Shown here one piece after another: positions 28,608 to 43,000 of a stretch of DNA of 64,000 bases. How positions within the stretch are numbered: the stretch's first letter is position 1; each line of letters starts with the position of its first letter. A program made the translations under genes and the position numbers. The notes beneath the pieces were generated by a model. That model searched no databases. It was not told the origin of the DNA and saw only the letters and a list, made by a program, of their open reading frames with translations. This DNA is from the human T2T-CHM13v2.0 reference genome, Homo sapiens, in assembly GCF_009914755.1 (NCBI RefSeq), contig NC_060925.1. One strand, given 5' to 3'.

Positions 28608-29915
28608 ATGGAATTGAATGGAATCATCGAATGGTCTCGATTGGAATCATTATCAAATGGAATCGAATGGAATCACCGAATAGAATCGAATGGAACAATC
28701 ATCGAATGGACTCAAATGGAATTATCCTCAAATGGAATCGAATGGAATTATCGAATGCAATCGAATGGAATTATCGAATGCAATCGAATAGAATCATCGA
28801 ATGGACTCGAATGGAATCATCGAATGGAATGGAATGGAACAGTCAATGAACTCGAATGGAATCATCATTGAATGGAATCGAATGGAATCATCGAGTGGAA
28901 CCGAATGGAATTATGATCAAATGGAATCGAATGTAATCATCATCAAATGGAATCAAAAATAACCATCATCAATTGGTATTGAATGGAATTCTCATCAAAT
29001 GGAATTCAAAGGAATCATCATCAAATGGAACCGAATGGAATCCTCATTGAATGGAAATGAAAGGGGTCATCATCTAATGGAATCGCAAGGAATCATCATA
29101 AAATGGAATCGAATGGAATCAACATCAAATGGAATCAAATGGAATCATTGAACGGAATTGAATGGAATCGTCATCGAATGAATTGACTACAATCACCGAA
29201 TGGTCTCGAATGGAATCATCTTCAAATGGAATGGAATGGAATCATCGCATAGAATCGAATGGAATTATCATCGAATGGAATCGAATGGTATCAACATCAA
29301 ACGGAAAAAAACGGAATTATCGAATCGAATCGAAGAGAATCTTCGAACGGACCCGAATGGAATCATCTAATGGAATGGAATGGAATAATCCATGGACTCG
29401 AATGCAATCATCATCGAATGGAATCGAATGGAATCATCGAATGGACTTGAATGGAATAATCATTGAACGGAATCGAATGGAATCATCATCGGATGGAAAC
29501 GAATGGAATCATCATCGAATGGAATCGAATAGAATTATGGAATGAAATCCAGTGTGATCATCATCGAATGGACCCGAATGGAATCATCATCCAACGGAAG
29601 CTAATGGAATCAACATCGAATGAATCGAATGGAAACACCATCGAATTGAAACGAATGGAATTACCAAGAAAATGAAATGGATGGACTCATCATCGAATGG
29701 ATTCGAATGGAATCATCGAATAAAATTGATTGAAATCATCATCCAATGGAATCGAATGGTATCATTGAATGGAATCGAATGGAATCATAATCAGATGGAA
29801 ATGAATGGAATCGTCATAGAATGGAATCGAATGGATTCATTGAATGGAATCAGATGGAATCATTGAATGGACTGGAATGGAATCATTGAATGGACACGAA
29901 AGGGATCATTATTGA
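28608..29915 (+). repeat. Short 1,308-bp unit (single 468-bp subrepeat)
   Basis: Anchor spacing 28608->29916 = 1,776-468; only one MESSSNEL-type ORF (29162). Confidence 0.9.
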
Positions 29916-32159
29916 ATGGAATTGAATGGAATCATCGAATGGTCTCGATTGGAATCATTATCAAAAGGAATCGAATGGAATCACCGAATAGAATCGAATG
30001 GAACAATCATCGAATGGACTCAAATGGAATTATCCTCCAATGGAATGGAATGGAATTATCGAATGCAATCGAATGGAATTATCGAATGCAATCGAATAGA
30101 ATCATCGAATGGACTCGAATGGAATCATCGAATGGAATGGAATGGAACAGTCAATGAACTCGAATGGAATCATCATTGAATGGAATCGAATGGAATCATC
30201 GAGTGGAATCGAATGGAATTATGATCAAATGGAATCGAATGTAATCATCATCAAATGGAATCAAAAATAACCATCATCAATTGGTATTGAATGGAATTGT
30301 CATCAAATGGAATTCAAAGGAATCATCATCAAATGGAACCGAATGGAATCCTCATTGAATGGAAATGAAAGGGGTCATCATCTAATGGAATCGCATGGAA
30401 TCATCATCAAATGGAATCGAATGGAATCATCATCAAATGGAATCTAATGGAATCATTGAAAAGAATTGAATGGAATCGTCATCGAATGAATTGAATGCAA
30501 TCATCGAATGGTCTCGAATGGAATCATCTTCTAATGGAAAGGAATGGAATCATCGCATAGAATCGAATGGAATTATCATCGAATGGAATCGAATGGAATC
30601 AACATCAAACGGAAAAAAACGGAATTATCGAATGGAATCGAAGAGAATCATCGAATGGACCCGAATGGAATCATCTAATGGAATGGCATGGAATAATCCA
30701 TGGACTCGAATGCAATCATCATCGAATGGAATCGAATGGAATCATCGAATGGACCCGAATGGAATAATCATTGAACGGAATCGAATGGAATCATCATCGG
30801 ATGGAAACGAATGGAATCATCATCGAATGGAAATGAAAGGAGTCATCATCTAATGCAATTGCATGGAATCATCATCAAATGGAATCGAATGGAATCAACA
30901 TCAAATGGAATCAAATGGAATCATTGAACGGAATTGAATGGAATCGTCATCGAATGAATTGAATGCAATCATCGAATGGTCTCGAATACAATCATCTTCA
31001 AATGGAATGGAATGGAATCATCGCATAGAATCGAATGGAATTATCATCGAATGGAATCGAACGGTATCAACATCAAACGGAAAAAAACGGAATTATCGAA
31101 TGGAATCGAAGAGAATCCTCGAACGGACCCGAATGGAATCATCAAATGGAATGGAATGGAATAATGCATGGAGTCGAATGCAATCATCATCGAATGGAAT
31201 CGAATGGAATCATCGAATGGACTCGAATGGAATAATCATTGAAGGGAATCGAATGGAATAATCTTCGGATGGAAACGAATGGAATCATCATCGAATGGAA
31301 ATGAAAGGAGTCATCATCTAATGGAATTGCATGGAATCATCATAAAATGGAATCGAATGGAATCAACATCAAATGGAATCAAATGGAATCATTGAACGGA
31401 ATTGAATGGAATCGTCATCGAATGAATTGACTGCAATCATCGAATGGTCTCGAATGGAATCATCTTCAAATGGAATGGAATGGAATCATCGCATAGAATC
31501 GAATGGAATTATCATCGAATGGAATCGAATGGAATCAACATCAAACGGAAAAAAACGGAATTATCGAATGGAATCGAAGAGAATCATCGAATGGACCCGA
31601 ATGGAATCATCTAATGGAATGGAATGGAATAATCCATGGACTCGAATGCAATCATCATCGAATGGAATCGAATGGAATCATCGAATGGACTCGAATGGAA
31701 TAATCATTGAACGGAATCGAATGGAATCATCATCGGATGGAAATGAATGGAATCATCATCGAATGGAATCGAATAGAATTATGGAATGAAATCCAGTGTG
31801 ATCATCATCGAATGGACCCGAATGGAATCATCATCCAACGGAAGCTAATGGAATCAACATCGAATGAATCGAATGGAAACACCATCGAATTGAAACGAAT
31901 GGAATTATCATGAAATTGAAATGGATGGACTCATCATCGAATGGATTCGAATGGAATCATCGAATAAAATTGATTGAAATCATCATCGAATGGAATCGAA
32001 TGGTATCATTGAATGGAATCGAATGGAATCATCATCAGATGGAAATGAATGGAATTGTCATAGAATGGAATCGAATGGATTCATTGAATGGAATCAGATG
32101 GAATCATCGAATGGACTGGAATGGAATCATTGAATGGACTCGAAAGGGATCATGATTGA
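29916..32159 (+). repeat. Long 2,244-bp unit (three 468-bp subrepeats)
   Basis: Anchor spacing 29916->32160 = 1,776+468; subrepeat ORFs at 30470, 30938 and 31406. Confidence 0.9.
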
Positions 32160-33935
32160 ATGGAATTGAATGGAATCATCGAATGGTCTCGATTGGAATC
32201 ATTATCAAATGGAATCGAATGGAATCACCGAATAGAATCGAATGGAACAATCATCGAATGGACTCAAATGGAATTATCCTCCAATGGAATCGAATGGAAT
32301 TATCGAATGCAATCGAATGGAATTATCGAATGCAATCGAATAGAATCATCGAAAGGAGTCGAATGGAATCATCGAATGGAATGGAATGGAACAGTCAATG
32401 AACTCGAATGGAATCATCATTGAATGGAATCCAATGGAATCATCGAGTGGAATCGAATGGAATTATGATCAAATGGAATCGAATGTAATCATCATCAAAT
32501 GGAATCAAAAATAACCATCATCAATTGGTATTGAATGGAATTGTCATCAAATGGAATTCAAAGGAATCATCATCAAATGGAACCGAATGGAATCCTCATT
32601 GAATGGAAATGAAAGGGGTCATCATCTAATGGAATCGCATGGAATCATCATCAAATGGAATCGAATGGAATCATCATCAAATGGAATCTAATGGAATCAT
32701 TGAACAGAATTGAATGGAATCGTCATCGAATGAATTGAATGCAATCATCGAATGGTCTCGAATGGAATCATCTTCTAATGGAAAGGAATGGAATCATCGC
32801 GTAGAATCGAATGGAATTATCATCGAATGGAATCGAATGGTATCAACACCAAACGGAAAAAAACGGAATTATCGAATGGAATCGAAGAGAATCTTCGAAC
32901 GGACCCGAATGGAATCATCTAATGGAATGGAATGGAATAATCCATGGACTCGAATGCAATCATCATCGAATGGAATCGAATGGAGTCATCGAATGGACTC
33001 GAATGGAATAATCATTGAACGGAATCGAATGGAATCATCATCGGATGGAAACGAATGGAATCATCATCGAATGGAAATGAAAGGAGTCATCATCTAATGG
33101 AATTGCATGGAATCATCATAAAATGGAATCGAATGGAATCAACATCAAATGGAATCAAATGGAATCATTGAACGGAATTGAATGGAATCGTCATCGAATG
33201 AATTGACTGCAATCATCGAATGGTCTCGAATGGAATCATCTTCAAATGGAATGGAATGGAATCATCGCATAGAATCGAATGGAATTATCATCGAATGGAA
33301 TCGAATGGAATCAACATCAAACGGAAAAAAACAGAATTATCGTATGGAATCTAAGAGAATCATCGAATGGACCCGAATGGAATCATCTAATGGAATGGAA
33401 TGGAATAATCCATGGACTCGAATGCAATCATCATCGAATGGAATCGAATGGAATCATCGAATGGACTCGAATGGAATAATAATTGAACGGAATCGAATGG
33501 AATCATCATCGGATGGAAATGAATGGAATCATCATCGAATGGAATCGAATAGAATTATGGAATGAAATCCAGTGTGATCATCATCGAATGGACCCGAATG
33601 GAATCATCATCCAACGGAAGCTAATGGAATCAACATCGAATGAATCGAATGGAAACACCATCGAATTGAAACGAATGGAATTATCATGAAATTGAAATGG
33701 ATGGACACATCATCGAATGGATTCGAATGGAATCATCGAATAAAATTGATTGAAATCATCATCAAATGGAATCGAATGGTATCATTGAATGGAATCGAAT
33801 GGAATCATCATCAGATGGAAATGAATGGAATCGTCATAGAATGGAATCGAATGGATTCATTGAATGGAATCAGATGGAATCATCGAATGGACTGGAATGG
33901 AATCATTGAATGGACTCGAAAGGGATCATTATTGA

Positions 33936-35242
33936 ATGGAATTGAATGGAATCATCGAATGGTCTCGATTGGAATCATTATCAAATGGAATCGAATGGAA
34001 TCACCGAATAGAATCGAATGGAACAATCATCGAATGGACTCAAATGGAATTATCCTCAAATGGAATCGAATGGAATTATCGAATGCAATCGAATGGAATT
34101 ATCGAATGCAATCGAATAGAATCATCGAATGGACTCGAATGGAATCATCGAATGGAATGGAATGGAACAGTCAATGAACTCGAATGGAATCATCACTGAA
34201 TGGAATCGAAAGGAATCATCGAGTGGAATCGAATGGAATTATGATCAAATGGAATCGAATGTAATCATCATCAAATGGAATCAAAAATAACCATCATCAA
34301 TTGGTATTGAATGGAATTGTCATCAAATGGAATTCAATGAATCATCATCAAATGGAACCGAATGGAATCCTCATTGAATGGAAATGAAAGGGGTCATCAT
34401 CTAATGGAATCGCATGGAATCATCATCAAATGGAATCGAATGGAATCATCATCAAATGGAATCTAATGGAATCATTGAACAGAATTGAATGGAATCGTCA
34501 TCGAATGAATTGAATGCAATCATCGAATGGTCTCGAATGGAATCATCTTCTAATGGAAAGGAATGGAATCATCGCATAGAATCGAATGGAATTATCATCG
34601 AATGGAATCGAATGGTATCAACACCAAACGGAAAAAAACGGAATTATCGAATGGAATCGAAGAGAATCTTCGAACGGACCCGAATGGAATCATCTAATGG
34701 AATGGAATGGAATAATCCATGGACTCGAATGCAATCATCATCGAATGGAATCGAATGGAATCATCGAATGGACTCGAATGGAATAATCATTGAACGGAAT
34801 AGAATGGAATCATCATCGGATGGAAATGAATGGAATCATCATCGAATGGAATCGAATAGAATTATGGAATGAAATCCAGTGTGATCATCATCGAATGGAC
34901 CCCAATGGAATCATCATCCAACGGAAGCTAATGGAATCAACATCGAATGAATCTAATGGAAACACCATTGAATTGAAACGAATGGAATTATCATGAAATT
35001 GAAATGGATGGACTCATCATCGAATGGATTCGAATGGAATCATCGAATAAAATTGATTGAAATCATCATCGAATGGAATCGAATGGTATCATTGAATGGA
35101 ATCGAATGGAATCATCATCAGATGGAAATGAATGGAATCGTCATAGAATGGAATCGAATGGATTCATTGAATGAAATCAGATGGAATCATCGAATGGACT
35201 GGAATGGAATCATTGAATGGACTCGAAAGGGATCATTATTGA
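33936..35242 (+). repeat. Short 1,307-bp unit (single subrepeat plus 1-bp deletion)
   Basis: Spacing 33936->35243. One A-type subrepeat (34489) joins directly to the B-type exit. GGAATTCAATGAATC near 34330 is one base shorter than consensus GGAATTCAAAGGAATC. Confidence 0.88.
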
Positions 35243-37018
35243 ATGGAATTGAATGGAATCATCGAATGGTCTCGATTGGAATCATTATCAAATGGAATCG
35301 AATGGAATCACCGAATAGAATCGAATGGAACAATCATCGAATGGACTCAAATGGAATTATCCTCCAATGGAATCGAATGGAATTATCGAATGCAATCGAA
35401 TGGAATTATCGAATGCAATCTAATAGAATCATCGAATGGACTCGAATGGAATCATCGAATGGAATGGAATGGAACAGTCAATGAACTCGAATGGAATCAT
35501 CATTGAATGGAATCGAATGGAATCATCGAGTGGAATCGAATGGAATTATGATCAAATGGAATCGAATGTAATCATCATCAAATGGAGTCAAAAATAACCA
35601 TCATCAATTGGTATTGAATGGAATTGTCATCAAATGGAATTCAAAGGAATCATCATCAAATGGAACCGAATGGAATCCTCATTGAATGGAAATGAAAGGG
35701 GTCATCATCTAATGGAATCGCATGGAATCATCATCAAATGGAATCGAATGGAATCATCATCAAATGGAATCTAATGGAATCATTGAACAGAATTGAATGG
35801 AATCGTCATCGAATGAATTGAATGCAATCATCGAATGGTCTCGAATGGAATCATCTTCTAATGGAAAGGAATGGAATCATCGCATAAAATCGAATGGAAT
35901 TATCATCGAATGGAATCGAATGGTATCAACACCAAACGGAAGAAAACGGAATTATCGAATGGAATCGAAGAGAATCTTCGAACGGACCCGAATGGAATCA
36001 TCTAATGGAATGGAATGGAATAATCCATGGACTCGAATGCAATCATCATCGAATGGAATCGAATGGAATCATTGAATGGACTCTAATGGAATAATCATTG
36101 AACGGAATCGATTGGAATCATCATCGGATGGAAACGAATGGAATCATCATCGAATGGAAATGAAAGGAGTCATCATCTAATGGAATTGCATGGAATCATC
36201 ATAAAATGGAATCGAATGGAATCAACATCAAATGGAACCTAATGGAATCATTGAACGGAATTGAATGGAATCGTCATCGAATGAATTGACTGCAATCATC
36301 CAATGGTCTCGAATGGAATCATCTTCAAATGGAATGGAATGGAATCATCGCATAGAATCGAATGGAATTATCATCGAATGGAATCGAATGGAATCAACAT
36401 CCAACGGAAAAAAACGGAATTATCGAATGGAATCGAAGGGAATCATCGAATGGACCCGAATGGAATCATCTAATGGAATGGAATGGAATAATCCATGGAC
36501 TCGAATGCAATCATCATCGAATGGAATCGAATGGAATCATCGAATGGACTCGAATGGAATAATCATTGAACGGAATCGAATGGAATCATCATCGGATGGA
36601 AATGAATGGAATCATCATCGAATGGAATCGAATAGAATTATGGAATGAAATCCAGTGTGATCATCATCGAATGGACCCGAATGGAATCATCATCCAACGG
36701 AAGCTAATGGAATCAACATCGAATGAATCAAATGGAAACACCATCGAATTGAAACGAATGGAATTATCATGAAATTGAAATGGATGGACTCATCATCGAA
36801 TGGATTCGAATGGAATCATCGAATAAAATTGATTGAAATCATCATCGAATGGAATCGAATGGTATCATTGAATGGAATCGAATGGAATCATCATCAGATG
36901 GAAATGAATGGAATCGTCATAGAATGGAATCGAATGGATTCATTGAATGGAATCAGATGGAATCATCGAATGGACTGGAATGGAATCATTGAATGGACTC
37001 GAAAGGGATCATGATTGA

Positions 37019-40000
37019 ATGGAATTGAATGGAATCATCGAATGGTCTCGATTGGAATCATTATCAAATGGAATCGAATGGAATCACCGAATAGAATCGA
37101 ATGGAACAATCATCGAATGGACTCAAATGGAATTATCCTCAAATGGAATGGAATGGAATTATCGAATGCAATCGAATGGAATTATCGAATGCAATCGAAT
37201 AGAATCATCGAATGGACTCGAATGGAATCATCGAATGGAATGGAATGGAACAGTCAATGAACTCGAATGGAATCATCATTGAATGGAATCGAATGGAATC
37301 ATCGAGTGGAATCGAATGGAATTATGATCAAATGGAATCGAATGTAATCATCATCAAATGGAATCAAAAATAACCATCATCAATTGGTATTGAATGGAAT
37401 TGTCATCAAATGGAATTCAAAGGAATCATCATCAAATGGAACCGAATGGAATCCTCATTGAATGGAAATGAAAGGGGTCATCATCTAATGGAATCGCATG
37501 GAATCATCATCAAATGGAATCGAATGGAATCATCATCAAATGGAATCTAATGGAATCATTGAACAGAATTGAATGGAATGGTCATCGAATGAATTGAATG
37601 CAATCATCGAATGGTCTCGAATGGAATCATCTTCTAATGGAAAGGAATGGAATCATCGCATAAAATCGAATGGAATTATCATCGAATGGAATCGAATGGT
37701 ATCAACACCAAACGGAAAAAAACGGAATTATCGAATGGAATCGAAAAGAATCTTCGAACGGACCCGAATGGAATCATCTAATGGAATGGAATGGAATAAT
37801 CCATGGACTCGAATGCAATCATCATCGAATGGAATCGAATGGAATCATCGAATGGACTCGAATGGAATAATCATTGAACGGAATCGAATGGAATCATCAT
37901 CGGATGGAAACGAATGGAATCATCATCGAAAGGAAATGAAAGGAGTCATCATCTAATGGAATTGCATGGAATCATCATAAAATGGAATCGAATGGAATCA
38001 ACATCAAATGGAATCAAATGGAATCATTGAACGGAATTGAATGGAATCGTCATCAAATGAATTGACTGTAATCATCGAATGGTCTCGAATGTAATCAGAT
38101 TCTAATGGAAAGGAATGGAATCATCGCATAGAATCGAATGGAATTAACATTGAATGGACTCGAATGGAATCAACATCAAACGGAATCAAGCGGAATTATC
38201 GAATGGAATCGAAGAGAATCATCGAATGGTCTCGAATGGAATCATCTTCTAATGGAAAGGAATGGAATCATCGCATAGAATCGAATGGAATTAACATTGA
38301 ATGGACTCGAATGGAATCAACATCAAATGGAATCAAGCGGAATTATCGAATGAAATCGAAGAGAATCATCGAATGGACTCGAATGGAATCATCTAATGGA
38401 ATGGAATGGAATAATCCACGGACTCGAATGCAATCATCATCGTATAGAATCGAATGGAATCATCGAATGGACTCGAATGGAATAACCATTGAACGGAAGC
38501 GAATGGAATCATCATCGGATGGAAACGAATGGAATCATCATCGAATGGAAATGTAAGGAGTCATCATCTAATGGAATTGCATGGAATCATCATAAAATGG
38601 AATCGAATGGAATCATCATCAAATGGAATCAAATGGAATCATTGAACGGAATTGAATGGAATCGTCATCGAATGAATTGAATGCAATCATCGAATGGTCT
38701 CGAATGGAATCATCTTCAAATGGAATGGAATGGAATCATCGCATAGAATCGAATGGAATTATCATCGAATGGAATCGAATGGTATCAACATCAAACGGAA
38801 AAAAACGGAATTATCGAATGGAATCGAAGAGAATCTTCGAACGGACCCGAATGGAATCATCTAATGGAATGGAATGGAATAATCCATGGACTCGAATGCA
38901 ATTATCATCGAATGGAATCGAATGGAATCTTTGAATGGACTCGAATGGAATAATCATTGAACGGAATCGAATGGAATCATCATCGGATGGAAACGAATGG
39001 AATCATCATCGAATGGAAATGAAAGGAGTCATCATCTAATGGAATTGCATGGAATCATCATAAAATGGAATCGAATGGAATCAACATCAAATGGAATCAA
39101 ATGGAATCATTGAACGGAATTGAATGGAATCGTCATCGAATGAATTGAATGCAATCATCGAATGGTCTCGAATGGAATCATCTTCAAATGGAATGGAATG
39201 GAATCATCGCATAGAATCGAATGGAATTATCATCGAATGGAATCGAATGGAATCAACATCAAACGGAAAAAAACGGAATTATCGAATGGAATCGAAGAGA
39301 ATCATCGAATGGACCCGAATGGAATCATCTAATGGAATGGAATGGAATAATCCATGGACTCAAATGCAATCATCATCGAATGGAATCGAATGGAATCATC
39401 GAATGGACTCAAATGGAATAATCATTGAACGGAATCGAATGGAATCATCATCGGATGGAAATGAATGGAATCATCATCGAATGGAATCGAATAGAATTAT
39501 GGAATGAAATCCAGTGTGATCATCATCGAATGGACCCGAATGGAATCATCATCCAACAGAAGCTAATGGAATCAACATCGAATGAATCGAATGGAAACAC
39601 CATCGATTTCAAACGAATGGAATTACCATGAAATTGAAATGGATGGACTCATCATCGAATGGATTCGGATGGAATCATCGAATAAAATTGATTGAAATCA
39701 TCATCGAATGAAATCGAATGGTATCATTGAATGGAATCGAATGGAATCATCATCAGATGGAAATGAATGGAATCGTCATAGAATGGAATCGAATGGATTC
39801 ATTGAATGGAATCAGATGGAATCATCGAATGGACTGGAATGGAATCATTGAATGGACTCGAAAGGGATCATGATTGAATGGAATTGAATGGAATCATCGA
39901 ATGGTCTCGATTGGAATCATTATCAAATGGAATCGAATGGAATCACCGAATAGAATCGAATGGAACAATCATCGAATGGACTCAAATGGAATTATCCTTA

Positions 40001-43000
40001 AATGGAATCGAATGGAATTATCGAATGCAATCGAATAGAATCATCGAATGGACTCGAATGGAATCATCGAATGGAATGGAATGGAACAGTCAATGAACTC
40101 GAATGGAATCATCATTGAATGGAATCGAATGGAATCATCGAGTGGAATCGAATGGAATTATGATCAAATGGAATCGAATGTAATCATCATCAAATGGAAT
40201 CAAAAATAACCATCATCAATTGGTATTGAATGGAATTGTCATCAAATGGAATTCAAAGGAATCATCATCAAATGGAACCGAATGGAATCCTCATTGAATG
40301 GAAATGAAAGGGGTCATCATCTAATGGAATCGCATGGAATCATCGTCAAATGGAATCGAATGGAATCATCATCAAATGGAATCTAATGGAATCATTGAAC
40401 AGAATTGAATGGAATCGTCATCGAATGAATTGAATGCAATCATCGAATGGTCTCGAATGGAATCATCTTCTAATGGAAAGGAATGGAATCATCGCATAGA
40501 ATCGAATGGAATTATCATCAAATGGAATCGAATGGTATCAACACCAAACGGAAAAAAACGGAATTATCGAATGGAATCGAAGAGAATCTTCGAACGGACC
40601 CGAATGGAATCATCTAATGGAATGGAATGGAATAATCCATGGACTCGAATGCAATCATCATCGAATGGAATCGAATGGAATCATCGAATGGACTCGAATG
40701 GAATAATCATTGAACGGAATCGAATGGAATCATCATCGGATGGAAACGAATGGAATCATCATCGAATGGAAATGAAAGGAGTCATCATCTAATGGAATTG
40801 CATGGAATCATCATAAAATGGAATCGAATGGAATCAACATCAAATGGAATCAAATGGAATCATTGAACGGAATTGAATGGAATCGTCATCAAATGAATTG
40901 ACTGTAATCATCGAATGGTCTCGAATGTAATCAGATTCTAATGGAAAGGAATGGAATCATCGCATAGAATCGAATGGAATGAACATTGAATGGACTCGAA
41001 TGGAATCAACATCAAACGGAATCAAGCGGAATTATCGAATGGAATCGAAGAGAATCATCGAATGGTCTCGAATTGAATCATCTTCTAATGGAAAGGAATG
41101 GAATCATCGCATAGAATCGAATGGAATTAACATTGAATGGACTCGAACGGAATCAACATCAAATGGAATCAAGCGGAATTATCGAATGAAATCGAAGAGA
41201 ATCATCGAATGGACTCCTATGGAATCATCTAATGGAATGGAATGGAATAATCCACGGACTCGAATGCAATCATCATCGTATAGAATCGAATGGAATCATC
41301 GAATGGACTCGAATGGAATAACCATTGAATGGAAGCGAATGGGATCATTATCGGATGGAAACGAATGGAATCATCATCGAATGGAAATGTAAGGAGTCAT
41401 CATCTAATGGAATTGCATGGAATCATCATAAAATGGAATCGAATGGAATCATCATCAAATGGAATCAAATGGAATCATTGAACGGAATTGAATGGAATCG
41501 TCATCGAATGAATTGAATGCAATCATCGAATGGTCTCGAATGGAATCATCTTCAAATGGAATGGAATGGAATCATCGCATAGAATCGAATGGAATTATCA
41601 TCGAATGGAATCGAATGGTATCAACATCAAACGGAAAAAAACGGAATTATCGAATGGAATCGAAGAGAATCTTCGAACGGACCCGAATGGAATCATCTAA
41701 TGGAATGGAATGGAATAATCCATGGACTCGAATGCAATTATCATCGAATGGAATCGAATGGAATCTTTGAATGGACTCGAATGGAATAATCATTGAACGG
41801 AATCGAATGGAATCATCATCGGATGGAAACGAATGGAATCATCATCGAATGGAAATGAAAGGAGTCATCATCTAATGGAATTGCATGGAATCATCATAAA
41901 ATGGAATCGAATGGAATCAACATCAAATGGAATCAAATGGAATCATTGAACGGAATTGAATGGAATCGTCATCGAATGAATTGAATGCAATCATCGAATG
42001 GTCTCGAATGTAATCATCTTCAAATGGAATGGAATGGAATCATCGCATAGAATCGAATGGAATTATCATCGAATGGAATCGAATGGAATCAACATCAAAC
42101 GGAAAAAAACGGAATTATCGAATGGAATCGAAGAGAATCATCGAATGGACACGAATGGAATCATCTAATGGAATGGAATGGAATAATCCATGGACTCGAA
42201 TGCAATCATCATCGAATGGAATCGAATGGAATCATCGAATGGACTCGAATGGAATAATCATTGAAGGGAATCGAATGGAATCATCATCGGATGGAAATGA
42301 ATGGAATCATCATCGAATGGAATCGAATAGAATTATGGAATGAAATCCAGTGTGATCATCATCGAATGGACCCGAATGGAATCATCATCCAACGGAAGCT
42401 AATGGAATCAACATCGAATGAATCGAATGGAAACACCATCGAATTGAAACGAATGGAATTATCATGAAATTGAAATGGATGGACTCATCATCGAATGGAT
42501 TCGAATTGAATCATCGAATAAAATTGATTGAAATCATCATCGAATGGAATCGAATGGTATCATTGAATGGAATCGAAAGGAATCATCATCAGATGGAAAT
42601 GAATGGAATCGTCATAGAATGGAATCGAATGGATTCATTGAATGGAATCAGATGGAATCATCGAATGGACTGGAATGGAATCATTGAATGGACTCGAAAG
42701 AGATCATGATTGAATGGAATTGAATGGAATCATCGAATGGTCTCGATTGGAATCATTATCAAATGGAATCGAATGGAATCACCGAATGGAATCGAATGGA
42801 ACAATCATCGAATGGACTCAAATGGAATTATCCTCAAATGGAATCGAATGGAATTATCGAATGCAATCGAATGGAATTATCGAATGCAATCGAATAGAAT
42901 CATCGAAAGGACTCGAATGGAATCATCGAATGGAATGGAATGGAACAGTCAATGAACTCGAATGGAATCATCATTGAATGGAATCGAATGGAATCATCGA

